The position numbers and the translations under genes were made by a program. 64,000 nt of DNA from Gammaproteobacteria bacterium (GTDB lineage Bacteria; Pseudomonadota; Gammaproteobacteria; Eutrophobiales; Eutrophobiaceae): positions 128,095 through 192,094 of the forward strand of contig SCUJ01000011.1 of assembly GCA_004297165.1 (NCBI GenBank), read 5' to 3'. Under the pieces are notes generated by a model that saw only the letters and a list, made by a program, of their open reading frames with translations, did not search any database and was not told where the DNA came from. Shown one piece after another: positions 32,456 through 42,698 of this stretch (the first letter of the stretch is position 1; each line of letters begins with the position of its first letter).

Positions 32456-33727
32456 TTACTTGCCGACCTTGAATTCCGTGGCGAGTTTCTTCGTCACCGG
32501 CTGGTTCTTCAGGACCACATAATCCGGCAGCCCGTCGCGGTAGGGCGGGTAATCCTCGCCCTGGATTAACGGGGCGAGATAGCGCCGGCAGGCATCCGTA
32601 ATCCCGAAGCCATCCGCGGTGATGAACTCGCGCGGCATGAATTTCTCCACATTGGCCACATCGGCGAGCGCCGCCGTGCCGGTCTCCCATCGGTACGGGT
32701 CATCCGACTTGCGCACGATGGTGATCATCCGGGCATCCTGGCCCGCCAGCGCGCATTCCACCGCCGCGCGTCCGACCGCGACCGCCTGCTCCACATCGGT
32801 CTTCGAGGCGATGTGCCGGGCCGCGCGTTGCAGGTAATCCGCCACGGCCCAATGGAACTTGTAACCCAGGGCCTGCTTGACCAGGTTCGCGACGACCGGC
32901 GCCGCCCCGCCGAGTTGCGCGTGCCCGAAGGCGTCCGTGGTCCCCTGCTCGGACAGGAACTTGCCGTCCTGCCGCTTCGCGCCCTCGGAGACCACCACGG
33001 TGCAGAATTCATGTCTTTCGACCTTCTCCTTCACGGTCTGGAGGAAGCGTTGTTCATCCAGCTCCACCTCCGGGAAGAGGATGACGATGGGGATGTCATG
33101 GCTCGCACTCGCGGCGAGTCCGCCGGCCGCGGCGATCCAGCCGGCATGTCGGCCCATGACCTCCAGCACAAAGACCTTGGTTGAGGTCTTGGCCATGGAG
33201 CGCACATCGAAGGAGGCCTCACGCGTCGAGACGGCGATGTATTTCGCCACCGAGCCGAAACCTGGGCAGGTGTCGGTGATGGGCAGGTCGTTGTCCACTG
33301 TCTTCGGGATGTGGATCGCGGTGATGGGAAAGCCCATGGTCGCCGAGAGCTGCGAGATCTTGTGACAGGTGTCGGCGGAATCGCCGCCGCCGTTATAAAA
33401 GAAGTAGCCGATATCGTGGGCCTTGAACACCGCAATCAGCCGCTCGTATTCGGCGCGGCTCTTGTCCAGACCCTTGAGCTTGTAGCGGCAGGAGCCGAAG
33501 GCCCCGGCGGGGGTGTGGCGCAGGGCTGCGATGGCGGCGTCGGATTCCTGACCGGTGTCGATCAGGTCCTCGGTCAACGCGCCGATGATCCCGTTGCGAC
33601 CCGCATAGACGTTCGCGATCTTGTCCCGGCGCTCCCGCGCGGCCTGGATCAGTCCGCAGGCCGAGGCGTTGATTACCGAGGTTACCCCGCCCGATTGGGC
33701 GTAAAATGCGTTCTTGCCATGTGCCAT
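32456..33727 (-). CDS. pfp: Pyrophosphate-dependent 6-phosphofructokinase (PPi-PFK)
   Basis: 423 aa; PFK-family N-terminus GGVTSVINASACGL, with the G..D signature positions that typify PPi-type enzymes (GGDGS analogue); adjacent to hppA. Confidence 0.8.
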   Translation of the reverse strand: MAHGKNAFYAQSGGVTSVINASACGLIQAARERRDKIANVYAGRNGIIGALTEDLIDTGQESDAAIAALRHTPAGAFGSCRYKLKGLDKSRAEYERLIAVFKAHDIGYFFYNGGGDSADTCHKISQLSATMGFPITAIHIPKTVDNDLPITDTCPGFGSVAKYIAVSTREASFDVRSMAKTSTKVFVLEVMGRHAGWIAAAGGLAASASHDIPIVILFPEVELDEQRFLQTVKEKVERHEFCTVVVSEGAKRQDGKFLSEQGTTDAFGHAQLGGAAPVVANLVKQALGYKFHWAVADYLQRAARHIASKTDVEQAVAVGRAAVECALAGQDARMITIVRKSDDPYRWETGTAALADVANVEKFMPREFITADGFGITDACRRYLAPLIQGEDYPPYRDGLPDYVVLKNQPVTKKLATEFKVGK

Positions 33728-33918
33728 GTGGGCGTCCTCATCCTGTCAGCAGCGCCAGGGCGGGGACAGCCACGGCGCGTACTATGATTGTCGATTGAAT
33801 TTGGATACATTACTGCCGATGCAAATGTATCAAATCATGCTAGGGAATGCCCGCTTTTCACTTGCCTGCGGATCATGCCAAGCGGAACTCGCGCCAAAGA
33901 CGCCAATCTGAACTGCCT

Positions 33919-35382
33919 ATGAGATTCTTCACACGATTTCTGCTGCTCGCCGTACTGCTTGGCGGCAACGTCCAGGCCGGGGTCAGCAGCCTGGATCTGC
34001 CCGATATGGGCGATTCCACCGGCGTGATCCTCTCCCCGGAATACGAACGTCGGTTGGGCCAGGCCTTTCTCAGCCAGGTCCGCGAGCAGGCCAATATTGT
34101 CAACGACCCCGAGATCGATACCTATATCAAATCCGTCGGTTACCGGTTGGTGGCGCAGAGCGATCGCAACACCCAGGCCTTCACCTTCTTTATCATCAAT
34201 GACCCGATGATCAACGCCTTCGCCGCTCCCGGAGGGATCGTCGGGGTCAACAGCGGAATCATTCTCAATGCCGATTCGGAAAGCGAATTGGCGGGGGTCA
34301 TGGCCCACGAGGTGGTGCATGTCACGCAGCGGCATATGGCCCGCGGGGCGGAGATGCAGCAACGCATGAGCATCCCGATGATGGCGGCGATGCTCGGCGC
34401 CATCCTCATCGCCTCGCAGAATCCCGAGGCCGGCCAGGCCGCATTGATGGCGATCCAGGGCGGGATGGCGCAGGCCCAGATCAATTTCACGCGCGGGAAC
34501 GAGGAGGAGGCCGACCGGATCGGCATGCAACTGCTGAACCGGGCCGATTTCAACCCGCGCGGCATGTCTACTTTTTTCGAAAAGCTCCAGGCCAATTCCC
34601 GCTATATCAGCCAGGCCCCGGAATTTCTCCGCACCCATCCCGTCACCGTGAATCGCATCGCCGAGGCTCGGGCCCGGGCCGAAATGATCCCGCCCGGTCT
34701 GGCCTTTACGGAGAGCAAGAGCTTTCCGTATATAAAAGCGAAACTCACCGTGCTGTCCATGAAGAATCCACGCGAGGCGATCGTCTACTATCGGGCCCGG
34801 CTCGCGGATGAGAATCAGATTCGCGATCACCTCGCCAATCGCTATGGCTACGCGCTGGCCCTGATGGAGACGGGCGAATACGAAGAGGCCTCGCAGCACA
34901 TGCGCGCCTTGCTCGTGTCCGATCGCGAGAATGCCTCCTTCCTCCTGGCCGCCGCGGATCTCGAATACCGGCAAGGGAAATTGAGGGAATCCTTCGGTCT
35001 CTATGAGGAGGCCCTGCATATCTATCCGGACTACGCCCCGGTGGTGATGTCCTACGCCCAGACGTTGCTGAAGTCGAATCAACCGGAAATCGCCCGCGAC
35101 CTGCTCAAGGAATACGGTAAATACAATGAAACCGATCTGCGTTATTTCGAATTTCTGGCCCGGGCCGAGGCCGAGGCCGGAAACGCGGTCGAATCCGGCA
35201 TCGCCACCGCGGAGTATTATTACCTGCTCGGGCGGACCGATACCGCCGTCGCCCAGATGGAATCCCTCCTGCGTCAGACCAACCCAAAACCGGATTACTA
35301 CCAGACCGAACGCATGCACGATCGCCTCGCGTTTCTGCAGCGGGAACTACGGCTGGAGCAGGATCTGAAGATCCGGGAATAA
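33919..35382 (+). CDS. M48-family periplasmic metalloprotease with TPR domain (BepA/YfgC-like)
   Basis: Signal peptide (start chosen at MRFFTRFLLLAVLLGG), HEXXH motif HEVVHVTQRH, and a C-terminal TPR-like region. Confidence 0.75.
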   Translation: MRFFTRFLLLAVLLGGNVQAGVSSLDLPDMGDSTGVILSPEYERRLGQAFLSQVREQANIVNDPEIDTYIKSVGYRLVAQSDRNTQAFTFFIINDPMINAFAAPGGIVGVNSGIILNADSESELAGVMAHEVVHVTQRHMARGAEMQQRMSIPMMAAMLGAILIASQNPEAGQAALMAIQGGMAQAQINFTRGNEEEADRIGMQLLNRADFNPRGMSTFFEKLQANSRYISQAPEFLRTHPVTVNRIAEARARAEMIPPGLAFTESKSFPYIKAKLTVLSMKNPREAIVYYRARLADENQIRDHLANRYGYALALMETGEYEEASQHMRALLVSDRENASFLLAAADLEYRQGKLRESFGLYEEALHIYPDYAPVVMSYAQTLLKSNQPEIARDLLKEYGKYNETDLRYFEFLARAEAEAGNAVESGIATAEYYYLLGRTDTAVAQMESLLRQTNPKPDYYQTERMHDRLAFLQRELRLEQDLKIRE

Positions 35383-35406
35383 CACTCCATCCCGCGGATC
35401 GCCAGC

Positions 35407-36303
35407 GTGCCCCCGATTGCAAGCGCCTTGCGAACGTGCGCAGTGTTGCTGCTGTCGATCGCCAGCCTGCTGGTGTGCGCCTCCCTGCTGGCCTGGCCCG
35501 TGCAATTGCTGCTTGGCCTGTTCCGGGATCCGCCCTTCCCCAAGACCCTGCATTTCACCCTGGTGATATCCGCACTGGCAGCGGCGATCGCTTATCTGAA
35601 ATTCACCACGCGACTGGGGCCCTTGTCAGGCGCGCAGATCTGGAAACCTCGCGGAAGGCGGCAACTGTTGTGGGGTTTCCTGGCCGGCGCATTAATCCTG
35701 GTCATGGTGGAAGGGACGCTGCAACTGCTCGACATGCGGCAGATGGATCCGGACTTTGATGTCAGCGCCCTCGCGCTTGTTGCGATTAAGGCGCTGGCGA
35801 CTGGTCTGCTGGTGGGCGTGATCGAAGAATTGACCTACCGGGGCGCGATATTGGAAGGACTGTTGCGCCACAGCAGCGCCGGAATCGCAATGACGCTTGC
35901 TTCACTGCTCTACGCGGCGGTTCACTTCATCGAATTTCCCGCCTTCGATCCTCTGGCGGGCCTGCATTGGCACAGCGGCATCCTCATGCTTGCCCAGGGT
36001 TTCCATGCCTTCCAGGATCTGGCGATCTGGGATTCGTTCCTGACGCTCTTTCTCCTCGGGCTTTTATTGAGCCTGGTGAGATTACATACAGGGAATCTGA
36101 TTGCCTGCATCGGGCTGCACGCCGGGGTCGTCACCCTGAACAAGATCTTTAATTACGCGACGGATTACCGGGAAGGAAGCCCCTGGGGTTTCCTGCTCAA
36201 TCTTCCGGATCAGCCAAACGGTCTCCTCGCCTCGGGGTATCTTCTCGTCTGCCTGTTAATCTACTGGCGCCGGGGCGTGACCCTTCAATCAGGATTACGG
36301 TAA
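35407..36303 (+). CDS. CPBP-family intramembrane metalloprotease (CAAX protease/Abi family)
   Basis: Multi-TM protein with the conserved motif 1 EELTYRG and later the conserved His (YAAVHF). Confidence 0.75.
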   Translation: MPPIASALRTCAVLLLSIASLLVCASLLAWPVQLLLGLFRDPPFPKTLHFTLVISALAAAIAYLKFTTRLGPLSGAQIWKPRGRRQLLWGFLAGALILVMVEGTLQLLDMRQMDPDFDVSALALVAIKALATGLLVGVIEELTYRGAILEGLLRHSSAGIAMTLASLLYAAVHFIEFPAFDPLAGLHWHSGILMLAQGFHAFQDLAIWDSFLTLFLLGLLLSLVRLHTGNLIACIGLHAGVVTLNKIFNYATDYREGSPWGFLLNLPDQPNGLLASGYLLVCLLIYWRRGVTLQSGLR

Positions 36304-36591
36304 CCATCCATTCCGGGATATAGGGCAGAGATCCGGCCGGATTCTGAATAAAAAGCCGAATTATCGTTCGCTGAAATTGATTCGCGGAGGGGCGGGAGAG
36401 CGGATGCCCTATAAACTTCCGGTCTTGCCGTTCTGACGGTTCGGTCCTGGTTCTTTGTGCAGAGATTTGCGAATGCTCCGGTACTCGATGACACACGCCA
36501 GCACCAGCAATGGCAATAAAATCCAGATAAGCCAATCCAACTTTCCCCCTCACCCCAAAATCCGGGGCTGCCCAATCCGGGCTTGAAAAAT

Positions 36592-36611
36592 AACCCCGCA
36601 TGAGCGGGGTT
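36592..36611 (-). other. Orphan terminator-like hairpin in a 500-bp AT-rich non-coding gap
   Basis: AACCCCGC-ATGA-GCGGGGTT perfect 8-bp stem; on the minus strand it is followed by AUUUUUCAAG; there is no annotated gene on that strand upstream of it. Confidence 0.35.
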
Positions 36612-36812
36612 AAGGCAAAGAATGTCATTACTAGAATAATGAACGGGGCGAATCGTAGCGCAATCTCCCGGATGAGTATATACACCAAAAAGGGTAGTAA
36701 ATTTCAAAAAATCAGGGATTTTTCCTTGCGGAATCAAAGTATTCACTCGAACCTTTAAGCTATAACCTATAAAATTTCGGTCCGATGTAAAAAGCGGACA
36801 ATCGATCTCGTC

Positions 36813-37778
36813 ATGCATGCCATACTGCCCCTGATAGAAACTTCCGGTTTTCCTGCCATACGCCGCCTGCAACCGACCACCTTGCAGGTAAATCTGGGTT
36901 ATCGTTGCAACCAGTCCTGTCTCCATTGCCATGTGAATGCCGGACCCACTCGCACCGAGATGATGGCAAATGAGACCCTCGCGCTGATCCCGGAAGTGCT
37001 CGACAAGCGCGGCATCGCCACCCTCGACCTCACCGGCGGCGCGCCCGAGTTGCACGAGGGCTTCCGTTCCCTGGTGCGCGCGGCGCGCGGTCTGGGCGTC
37101 AAGGTGATCGACCGCTGCAATCTCACCATCCTCTTCGAACCGGGGCAGTCCGATCTGGCCGATTTTCTCGCGGCGCAACAGGTGGAGATCATCGCCTCGC
37201 TGCCCTGTTACACGCAGGATAACGTCGATCGGCAACGCGGCGCGGGGGTGTTCGAGAAAAGCATCAAGGCGCTGCGGATGTTTAACGACCTGGGTTACGG
37301 CTGTTCGGATTCCGGGCTTACTCTCAACCTGGTTTACAACCCCCAGGGTCCCGATCTGCCGCCCGATCAAAACGAACTGGAAGCGGACTATAAACGCGAG
37401 CTCGCTGCGCAATATGGCATCGTGTTCAATCGACTCTTCGTGCTGACCAACATGCCGATCCAACGCTTCGGCTCCATGCTGGTCTCCAGGGGACAATTCG
37501 ATGCTTATCTGCGCCTGCTCAAGGACAACTATCAGGCCGATAATCTCGCGCAGGTGATGTGCCGCGAACTCATCAGCGTGGATTGGCGGGGCCATCTCTA
37601 CGACTGCGATTTCAATCAGCAGTTGGGTCTCGCCATGGCATTGGGCAAAGATGACAAACCGCGACATCTCGCGGATTTGCTCTCCGGGGATTTCTCCGGC
37701 CAAACAATCCGCGTGGCCGATCATTGTTACGGCTGCACCGCGGGACAGGGCAGCAGTTGCGGGGGAGTGTTACAGTAG
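36813..37778 (+). CDS. Radical SAM protein with Cys-rich C-terminal domain (ArsS-like / TIGR04167-type)
   Basis: CX3CX2C motif CNQSCLHC near the N-terminus; C-terminal motif CYGCTAGQGSSCGG typical of the rSAM/Cys-rich (arsenosugar biosynthesis ArsS) family; 321 aa. Confidence 0.6.
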   Translation: MHAILPLIETSGFPAIRRLQPTTLQVNLGYRCNQSCLHCHVNAGPTRTEMMANETLALIPEVLDKRGIATLDLTGGAPELHEGFRSLVRAARGLGVKVIDRCNLTILFEPGQSDLADFLAAQQVEIIASLPCYTQDNVDRQRGAGVFEKSIKALRMFNDLGYGCSDSGLTLNLVYNPQGPDLPPDQNELEADYKRELAAQYGIVFNRLFVLTNMPIQRFGSMLVSRGQFDAYLRLLKDNYQADNLAQVMCRELISVDWRGHLYDCDFNQQLGLAMALGKDDKPRHLADLLSGDFSGQTIRVADHCYGCTAGQGSSCGGVLQ

Positions 37779-37786
37779 GTTGAAGA

Positions 37787-37863
37787 TGGTGGGCCGTGCA
37801 GGATTCGAACCTGCGACCAACGGATTAAAAATCCGCTGCTCTACCGACTGAGCTAACGGCCCG
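37787..37863 (-). tRNA. tRNA-Lys (anticodon UUU)
   Basis: Minus strand reads CGGGCCGTTAGCTCAGTCGGTAGAGCAGCGGATTTTTAATCCGTTGGTCGCAGGTTCGAATCCTGCACGGCCCACCA; cloverleaf with anticodon loop TTTTTAA; near-identical to E. coli tRNA-Lys. Confidence 0.9.
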
Positions 37864-38050
37864 TGTCTCCATGCCAGCCTGAAGTCGAGGCGCGCATGAT
37901 ACCGGAGATCCAGGCGGCGGCAAACCGACAAGGGCGCCCGCGGGTGTCCTCCCTCCACGCCTGAAATGCCATCTGCCTATTGATTTTACCGCCGGACGTC
38001 CCTATTTTGTGCCCCTGCCCGTCAAACTAGAGAAGTACCGAGGTAAAACC

Positions 38051-38407
38051 ATGCCGATCTACGAATATCAGTGCAGCCAGTGCGACAACCGCCTGGAGGT
38101 CATCCAGAAATTCAGCGATCCGCCCCTGACCGACTGTCCGGAATGCGGCACAGGCAATCTGCGCAAGCTCATCTCGGCCGCGGCCTTTCACCTGAAGGGC
38201 ACCGGCTGGTACGTGACCGATTTCCGCGACAAGAGCAAAAAGAACGCGCCGGCCGCAAGTAGCGATAAAAAAGATGTCGCGGCCACAGACAAGGATGCCG
38301 CCTCCGGAGCGCCGGACAAGGATGGCAAATCCGGCGCAACCGAGGGCACAAGTAACACGGAGAAGGCCGCCGCCAAGTCCGAGTCAGCCACGGCGGGAGA
38401 ATCCTGA
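38051..38407 (+). CDS. FmdB-family zinc-ribbon protein
   Basis: MPIYEYQCSQCDNRLEVIQKFSDPPLTDCPECG (CxxC...CxxC); conserved upstream of the DUF502 gene and aspS. Confidence 0.6.
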   Translation: MPIYEYQCSQCDNRLEVIQKFSDPPLTDCPECGTGNLRKLISAAAFHLKGTGWYVTDFRDKSKKNAPAASSDKKDVAATDKDAASGAPDKDGKSGATEGTSNTEKAAAKSESATAGES

Positions 38408-38421
38408 CCCGCCCCGCCCCG

Positions 38422-39078
38422 GTGATGGCCACACTGCGCAAGTACCTGATCGCCGGTCTGCTGGTGTGGCTGCCGCTGGCCGCCACCTACTTCGTGATCC
38501 GTCTGGCGGTGGATCTGCTGGATCGCATCATCCTGCTGCTGCCGCCTGAATATCGCCCGGAAAGCCTGTTCGGTTTCAGCATACCGGGACTGGGGCTAAT
38601 CCTGGCGCTCGCCGTCCTGTTCATCACCGGCCTGCTGGCCGCCAATCTGCTGGGCAGGAAGCTGGTTGCGACCTGGGAAGGTCTGCTGAACCGGATTCCG
38701 CTGGTGCGGACGATCTACAACAGCGTCAAGCAGATCACCAGCACCGTCCTGATGACCGACAACAAATCCTTCAGCAAGGTGGTGCTGGTGGAGTTTCCGC
38801 GTGTGGGCGCCTGGAGCGTAGGGTTCCTCACCAACGAGATGCTCGATGTCAATACAGACAGATCCGCGGGTGACCTGGTCATCGTTTTTGTGGCCACCAC
38901 ACCCAACCCAACCACTGGTTTTCTCATCGCGGTGAAACGGTCCGAGATTATCGAACTGGACGTAAGTATCGAGGAGGCCATCAAGTACGTCATGTCCATG
39001 GGGGTCATCACCCCCGAACGCGTAATACAGCCGTTGCAAGCCTCGAATCACCTTGCGGATTCCGCCCCCGCCCCGTAA
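38422..39078 (+). CDS. DUF502-domain membrane protein
   Basis: 218 aa with two N-terminal TM helices; a conserved neighbour of aspS in Proteobacteria. Confidence 0.7.
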   Translation: MMATLRKYLIAGLLVWLPLAATYFVIRLAVDLLDRIILLLPPEYRPESLFGFSIPGLGLILALAVLFITGLLAANLLGRKLVATWEGLLNRIPLVRTIYNSVKQITSTVLMTDNKSFSKVVLVEFPRVGAWSVGFLTNEMLDVNTDRSAGDLVIVFVATTPNPTTGFLIAVKRSEIIELDVSIEEAIKYVMSMGVITPERVIQPLQASNHLADSAPAP

Positions 39079-39120
39079 TATTCCGCCTCTTTTTTAACCT
39101 TGGAACACGGCGGGCCGGTC

Positions 39121-40899
39121 ATGCGCAGCCACTATTGCGGACATCTCAATAAATCGCACATCGGGCAGGAAGTGGAACTCTGCGGCTGGGTTAACCGGCG
39201 GCGGGATCACGGCGGGGTAATCTTCATAGACCTGCGAGATCGGGAAGGGATCGCCCAGATCGTCTATGACCCGGCCGCGCCCGAGTCCTTCAAGATCGCC
39301 GACCAGGTGCGCAACGAGTTTGTGCTGCGCATCGCCGGCAAGGTGCGGGCCCGTCCCGAAGGCGCCACAAACCCGGACCTCGCCTCAGGCGAGGTGGAGA
39401 TCCTCGGACGGGAGATCGTCATCCTGAATCCCGCGAAGACCCCGCCCTTCCTGCTCGATGAGGAGCACCTCAACGACGACATCCGCCTGCGCTATCGTTA
39501 TGTGGACCTGCGGCGTCCCGCGATGCAGCACAATCTGCGCCTGCGCAGCCGTGTCTGCCGGGTCCTGCGCGACTACCTGGATGCGCGCGGTTTCATCGAG
39601 ACAGAAACTCCAATACTGACCAAGGCCACGCCGGAAGGCGCGCGGGACTACCTCGTCCCGAGCCGCACCCATCCCGGCAGCTTCTTTGCCCTGCCACAGT
39701 CGCCACAACTCTTCAAACAGTTGCTGATGATGTCGGGGCTCGACCGCTATTACCAGATCGCCCGCTGTTTCCGCGACGAGGACCTGCGCGCCGATCGTCA
39801 ACCGGAATTCACGCAGCTCGATATCGAGACCTCCTTCATGAACGAGGCGGAACTCACCCACATGATGGAAGGCATGATCCGCGAGCTCTTCCGTGAAGCC
39901 ATGAACATCCATCTGCCCGATCCCTTCCCGCGCATGACCTATGACGAGGCGGTAAATCGTTTCGGCTCCGACCGGCCCGATCTGCGCAACCCGCTGGAAC
40001 TGGTGGAACTGCGCGACCTGATGCCGGAGGTCGATTTCAAGGTCTTCGCCGAGCCGGCCCGGATGCCGGACGGCCGGGTCGCGGCGCTGCGCCTCCCCAA
40101 TGGCGCGAAACTCACCCGCAAGGAGATCGACGACTACACCACCTTCGCGACCCGGCTCGGGGCGCAGGGGCTCGCCTACATCAAGGTCAACGACAGCAAC
40201 GCGGGCATGGCCGGTCTGCAATCGCCCATCCTCAAATTCCTGGGCGAGGGTGTAGTCGCCGAGATCCTGAAACGCACCGGCGCGGCGAGCGGCGACCTCA
40301 TCTTCTTCGGCGCCGGCAAGGCCCGCGCCGTCAACGATTTCCTGGGCCCTCTGCGCAACAAGCTGGCGGAAGACCTCGGCCTGCACACCACCCCGTGGGC
40401 CCCGCTCTGGGTGATCGACTTCCCCATGTTCGAATACAACGAGCCGGACAAACGCTGGGACCCGCTGCATCACCCCTTCACCGCCCCCCGTATCGACAGC
40501 ATCGAGGAGATGAATGCCAATCCCGGCGCCTGCCTGTCCCGCGCCTACGATATGGTGCTGAACGGCACCGAGCTCGGCGGCGGCTCCATGCGCATCCATC
40601 GCACCGAGATGCAGGAGGCCGTGTTCCGGTTGCTCGACATCGGTCCGGAGGAGGCGCAGGAGAAATTCGGATTCCTGCTCGAAGCGCTGCAATACGGTTG
40701 TCCGCCGCACGGCGGAATCGCCTTCGGTCTCGACCGGTTGGTCATGCTGATGGCCGGGGCCAAATCGATCCGCGACGTGATCGCCTTCCCCAAGACCCAG
40801 ACCGCGAGCTGCCTGCTGACCGAGGCCCCCTCTCATGCCCCGGAGACCCAATTGCGCGAACTGGGGATCCGCGTGGTGAAGTCCGCCGAAAAAAAGTAA
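39121..40899 (+). CDS. aspS: Aspartate--tRNA ligase
   Basis: [43 protein letters not shown] plus class II motifs ([26 protein letters not shown]); start chosen at MRSHYCG. Confidence 0.95.
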   Translation: MRSHYCGHLNKSHIGQEVELCGWVNRRRDHGGVIFIDLRDREGIAQIVYDPAAPESFKIADQVRNEFVLRIAGKVRARPEGATNPDLASGEVEILGREIVILNPAKTPPFLLDEEHLNDDIRLRYRYVDLRRPAMQHNLRLRSRVCRVLRDYLDARGFIETETPILTKATPEGARDYLVPSRTHPGSFFALPQSPQLFKQLLMMSGLDRYYQIARCFRDEDLRADRQPEFTQLDIETSFMNEAELTHMMEGMIRELFREAMNIHLPDPFPRMTYDEAVNRFGSDRPDLRNPLELVELRDLMPEVDFKVFAEPARMPDGRVAALRLPNGAKLTRKEIDDYTTFATRLGAQGLAYIKVNDSNAGMAGLQSPILKFLGEGVVAEILKRTGAASGDLIFFGAGKARAVNDFLGPLRNKLAEDLGLHTTPWAPLWVIDFPMFEYNEPDKRWDPLHHPFTAPRIDSIEEMNANPGACLSRAYDMVLNGTELGGGSMRIHRTEMQEAVFRLLDIGPEEAQEKFGFLLEALQYGCPPHGGIAFGLDRLVMLMAGAKSIRDVIAFPKTQTASCLLTEAPSHAPETQLRELGIRVVKSAEKK

Positions 40900-40915
40900 C
40901 CGCGCTTGCCTCGAG

Positions 40916-40936
40916 TTAGTGTGTAACTTACACTAA
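40916..40936. promoter_or_regulatory. 21-bp palindrome TTAGTGTGTAACTTACACTAA immediately upstream of nrtR (candidate NrtR operator)
   Basis: Arms TTAGTGT/ACACTAA are perfectly complementary and separated by 7 nt; lies 6 bp before the nrtR start codon. Confidence 0.4.
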
Positions 40937-40942
40937 TTCGCC

Positions 40943-41611
40943 ATGTACAGTTACCGGTACCCGCACCCGGCGGTCAGCACGGATATCGTGATCTTCACGA
41001 TCCTGGACGATCGGCTCCAGGTCCTCCTCATCCGGCGCGCCGCGGCGCCCTTCCGGGGCGCCTGGGCCCTGCCGGGCGGCTTTGTCGAGATCGACGAAGA
41101 CCTGGAGGCCGGCGCACTGAGGGAGCTGGAGGAGGAGACCGGGATCCGGGACATCTATCTCGAACAGCTCTACACCTTCGGCCAGCCGGGACGCGACCCG
41201 CGCGAGCGGGTGATCACCGTGGCCTACTACGCCCTCGTCCCGTTCGGTCAACTGGGCGAGATCAAGGCCGCAAGCGACGCCGCCGCGACCGCCTGGCATC
41301 CCCTCGCGCGCCTGCCGAAGACCGCCTTCGACCACGACCGGATCATCGAGACGGCCCGGCGCCGGCTCGTGGCGAAACTGGATTATTCCACCATCGCGTT
41401 GCAATTCCTGCCCCGCCGCTTCAGCCTCGGTGAACTCCAGCAGGTCCACGAGGTCATCACCGGCGAACCGCTGGACAAACGCAATTTCCGCAAGCGCATC
41501 CTTGGCGCCGGGTTTCTGGTGGATACCGGCAAGGTGCGGCGCGGAAACCGCTGCCGGCCGGCCCGCCTCTATCGCGCCCGGTCGCCGGGCAAGTTGTCCT
41601 ATCTACGATGA
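40943..41611 (+). CDS. nrtR: Nudix-related transcriptional regulator NrtR (Nudix N-domain plus C-terminal winged helix)
   Basis: Nudix box [24 protein letters not shown]; C-terminal region ([58 protein letters not shown]) matches the NrtR C-terminal domain; adjacent to nadA. Confidence 0.7.
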   Translation: MYSYRYPHPAVSTDIVIFTILDDRLQVLLIRRAAAPFRGAWALPGGFVEIDEDLEAGALRELEEETGIRDIYLEQLYTFGQPGRDPRERVITVAYYALVPFGQLGEIKAASDAAATAWHPLARLPKTAFDHDRIIETARRRLVAKLDYSTIALQFLPRRFSLGELQQVHEVITGEPLDKRNFRKRILGAGFLVDTGKVRRGNRCRPARLYRARSPGKLSYLR

Positions 41612-41624
41612 AACAGGTGTATCC

Positions 41625-42698
41625 ATGAATACGACCGTCACCACCGCCCCAATGCGTGATTACCGTCTCACCCCCGAGCAGATCCCGGAAACGGCAGTGG
41701 AGTCGCTCCCCCTTGCGGAACGCGAGCGTCTCAAGGATCGCATCCGCGAACTCCTGCGGGAACAGGACGCGCTCCTCGTGGCCCACTACTATACGGACGC
41801 CGACTTGCAGGTGCTCGCCGACGCAACCGGCGGCAAGGTCTCGGATTCCCTCGAAATGGCGCGGTTCGGCCACACATCCCCGGCCCGGACGCTACTCGTG
41901 TGCGGGGTGCGCTTCATGGGCGAGACCGCGAAGATCCTCAATCCCGAGAAACGCGTGCTGATGCCGGATCTGCATGCGGAATGCTCGCTCGATCTGGGTT
42001 GTCCGATCGAGGAATTCAGCGCCTTCTGCGACCAGCACCCGGATCGGACCGTGGTGGTCTACGCCAACACCAGCGCCGCCGTGAAGGCGCGGGCCGACTG
42101 GATGGTCACCTCGGGCAGCGCCATCGACGTCGTGCGCCATCTGCGGGATCGGGGCGAGAAGATCATCTGGGCGCCGGACAGATATCTCGGGGAATATGTC
42201 CAGGAGCAGACCGGCGCGGACATGCTGCTCTGGCAGGGGGCCTGCATCGTACACGAGGAGTTCAAGGGCGTGGAGCTCGAGCTGCTCCGGCGGCAATACC
42301 CCGACGCCAAAGTGCTGGTGCACCCCGAATCCCCGGCCTCCGTGATCCGGCAGGCGGACGTCGTGAGCTCCACCACCGGCATCATCAAGGCTGCGCTCGC
42401 GATGGACGCCAAACGTTTTATCATCGCGACCGACAAGGGGATCTTCCACAAGCTGCGCGAGGCGGCGCCGGGCAAGGAATTCATCGAGGCTCCGACCGCT
42501 GGCCGCAGCGCGACCTGCAAGTCCTGCGCGCATTGCCCCTGGATGGCGATGAACACGCTGCGCGCCACCGTACGCACGCTGGAAACTGGGATGAACGAGA
42601 TTCAGGTCGACCCCGCCATCATCGAGCGGGCGCAACAAACCATCCAACGTCTGCTGGATTTCAGCCGCCGCCAGCAGCAACTTGCGGGTGACGCGTGA
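41625..42698 (+). CDS. nadA: Quinolinate synthase A
   Basis: 357 aa from the internal ATG at 41625; conserved NadA blocks ([43 protein letters not shown], three Cys ligands). Confidence 0.9.
   Translation: MNTTVTTAPMRDYRLTPEQIPETAVESLPLAERERLKDRIRELLREQDALLVAHYYTDADLQVLADATGGKVSDSLEMARFGHTSPARTLLVCGVRFMGETAKILNPEKRVLMPDLHAECSLDLGCPIEEFSAFCDQHPDRTVVVYANTSAAVKARADWMVTSGSAIDVVRHLRDRGEKIIWAPDRYLGEYVQEQTGADMLLWQGACIVHEEFKGVELELLRRQYPDAKVLVHPESPASVIRQADVVSSTTGIIKAALAMDAKRFIIATDKGIFHKLREAAPGKEFIEAPTAGRSATCKSCAHCPWMAMNTLRATVRTLETGMNEIQVDPAIIERAQQTIQRLLDFSRRQQQLAGDA

Noticed and set aside
36197-36688. 163-aa minus-strand ORF with a hydrophobic N-terminus
   Set aside because: Overlaps the 3' end of the CPBP protease gene by about 100 bp, has atypical composition and no RBS; more likely non-coding. 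The region is flagged instead for the hairpin.
36285-37724. 479-aa minus-strand ORF
   Set aside because: Antisense to the radical SAM gene (CX3CX2C motif on the plus strand), and it extends across a non-coding AT-rich gap.
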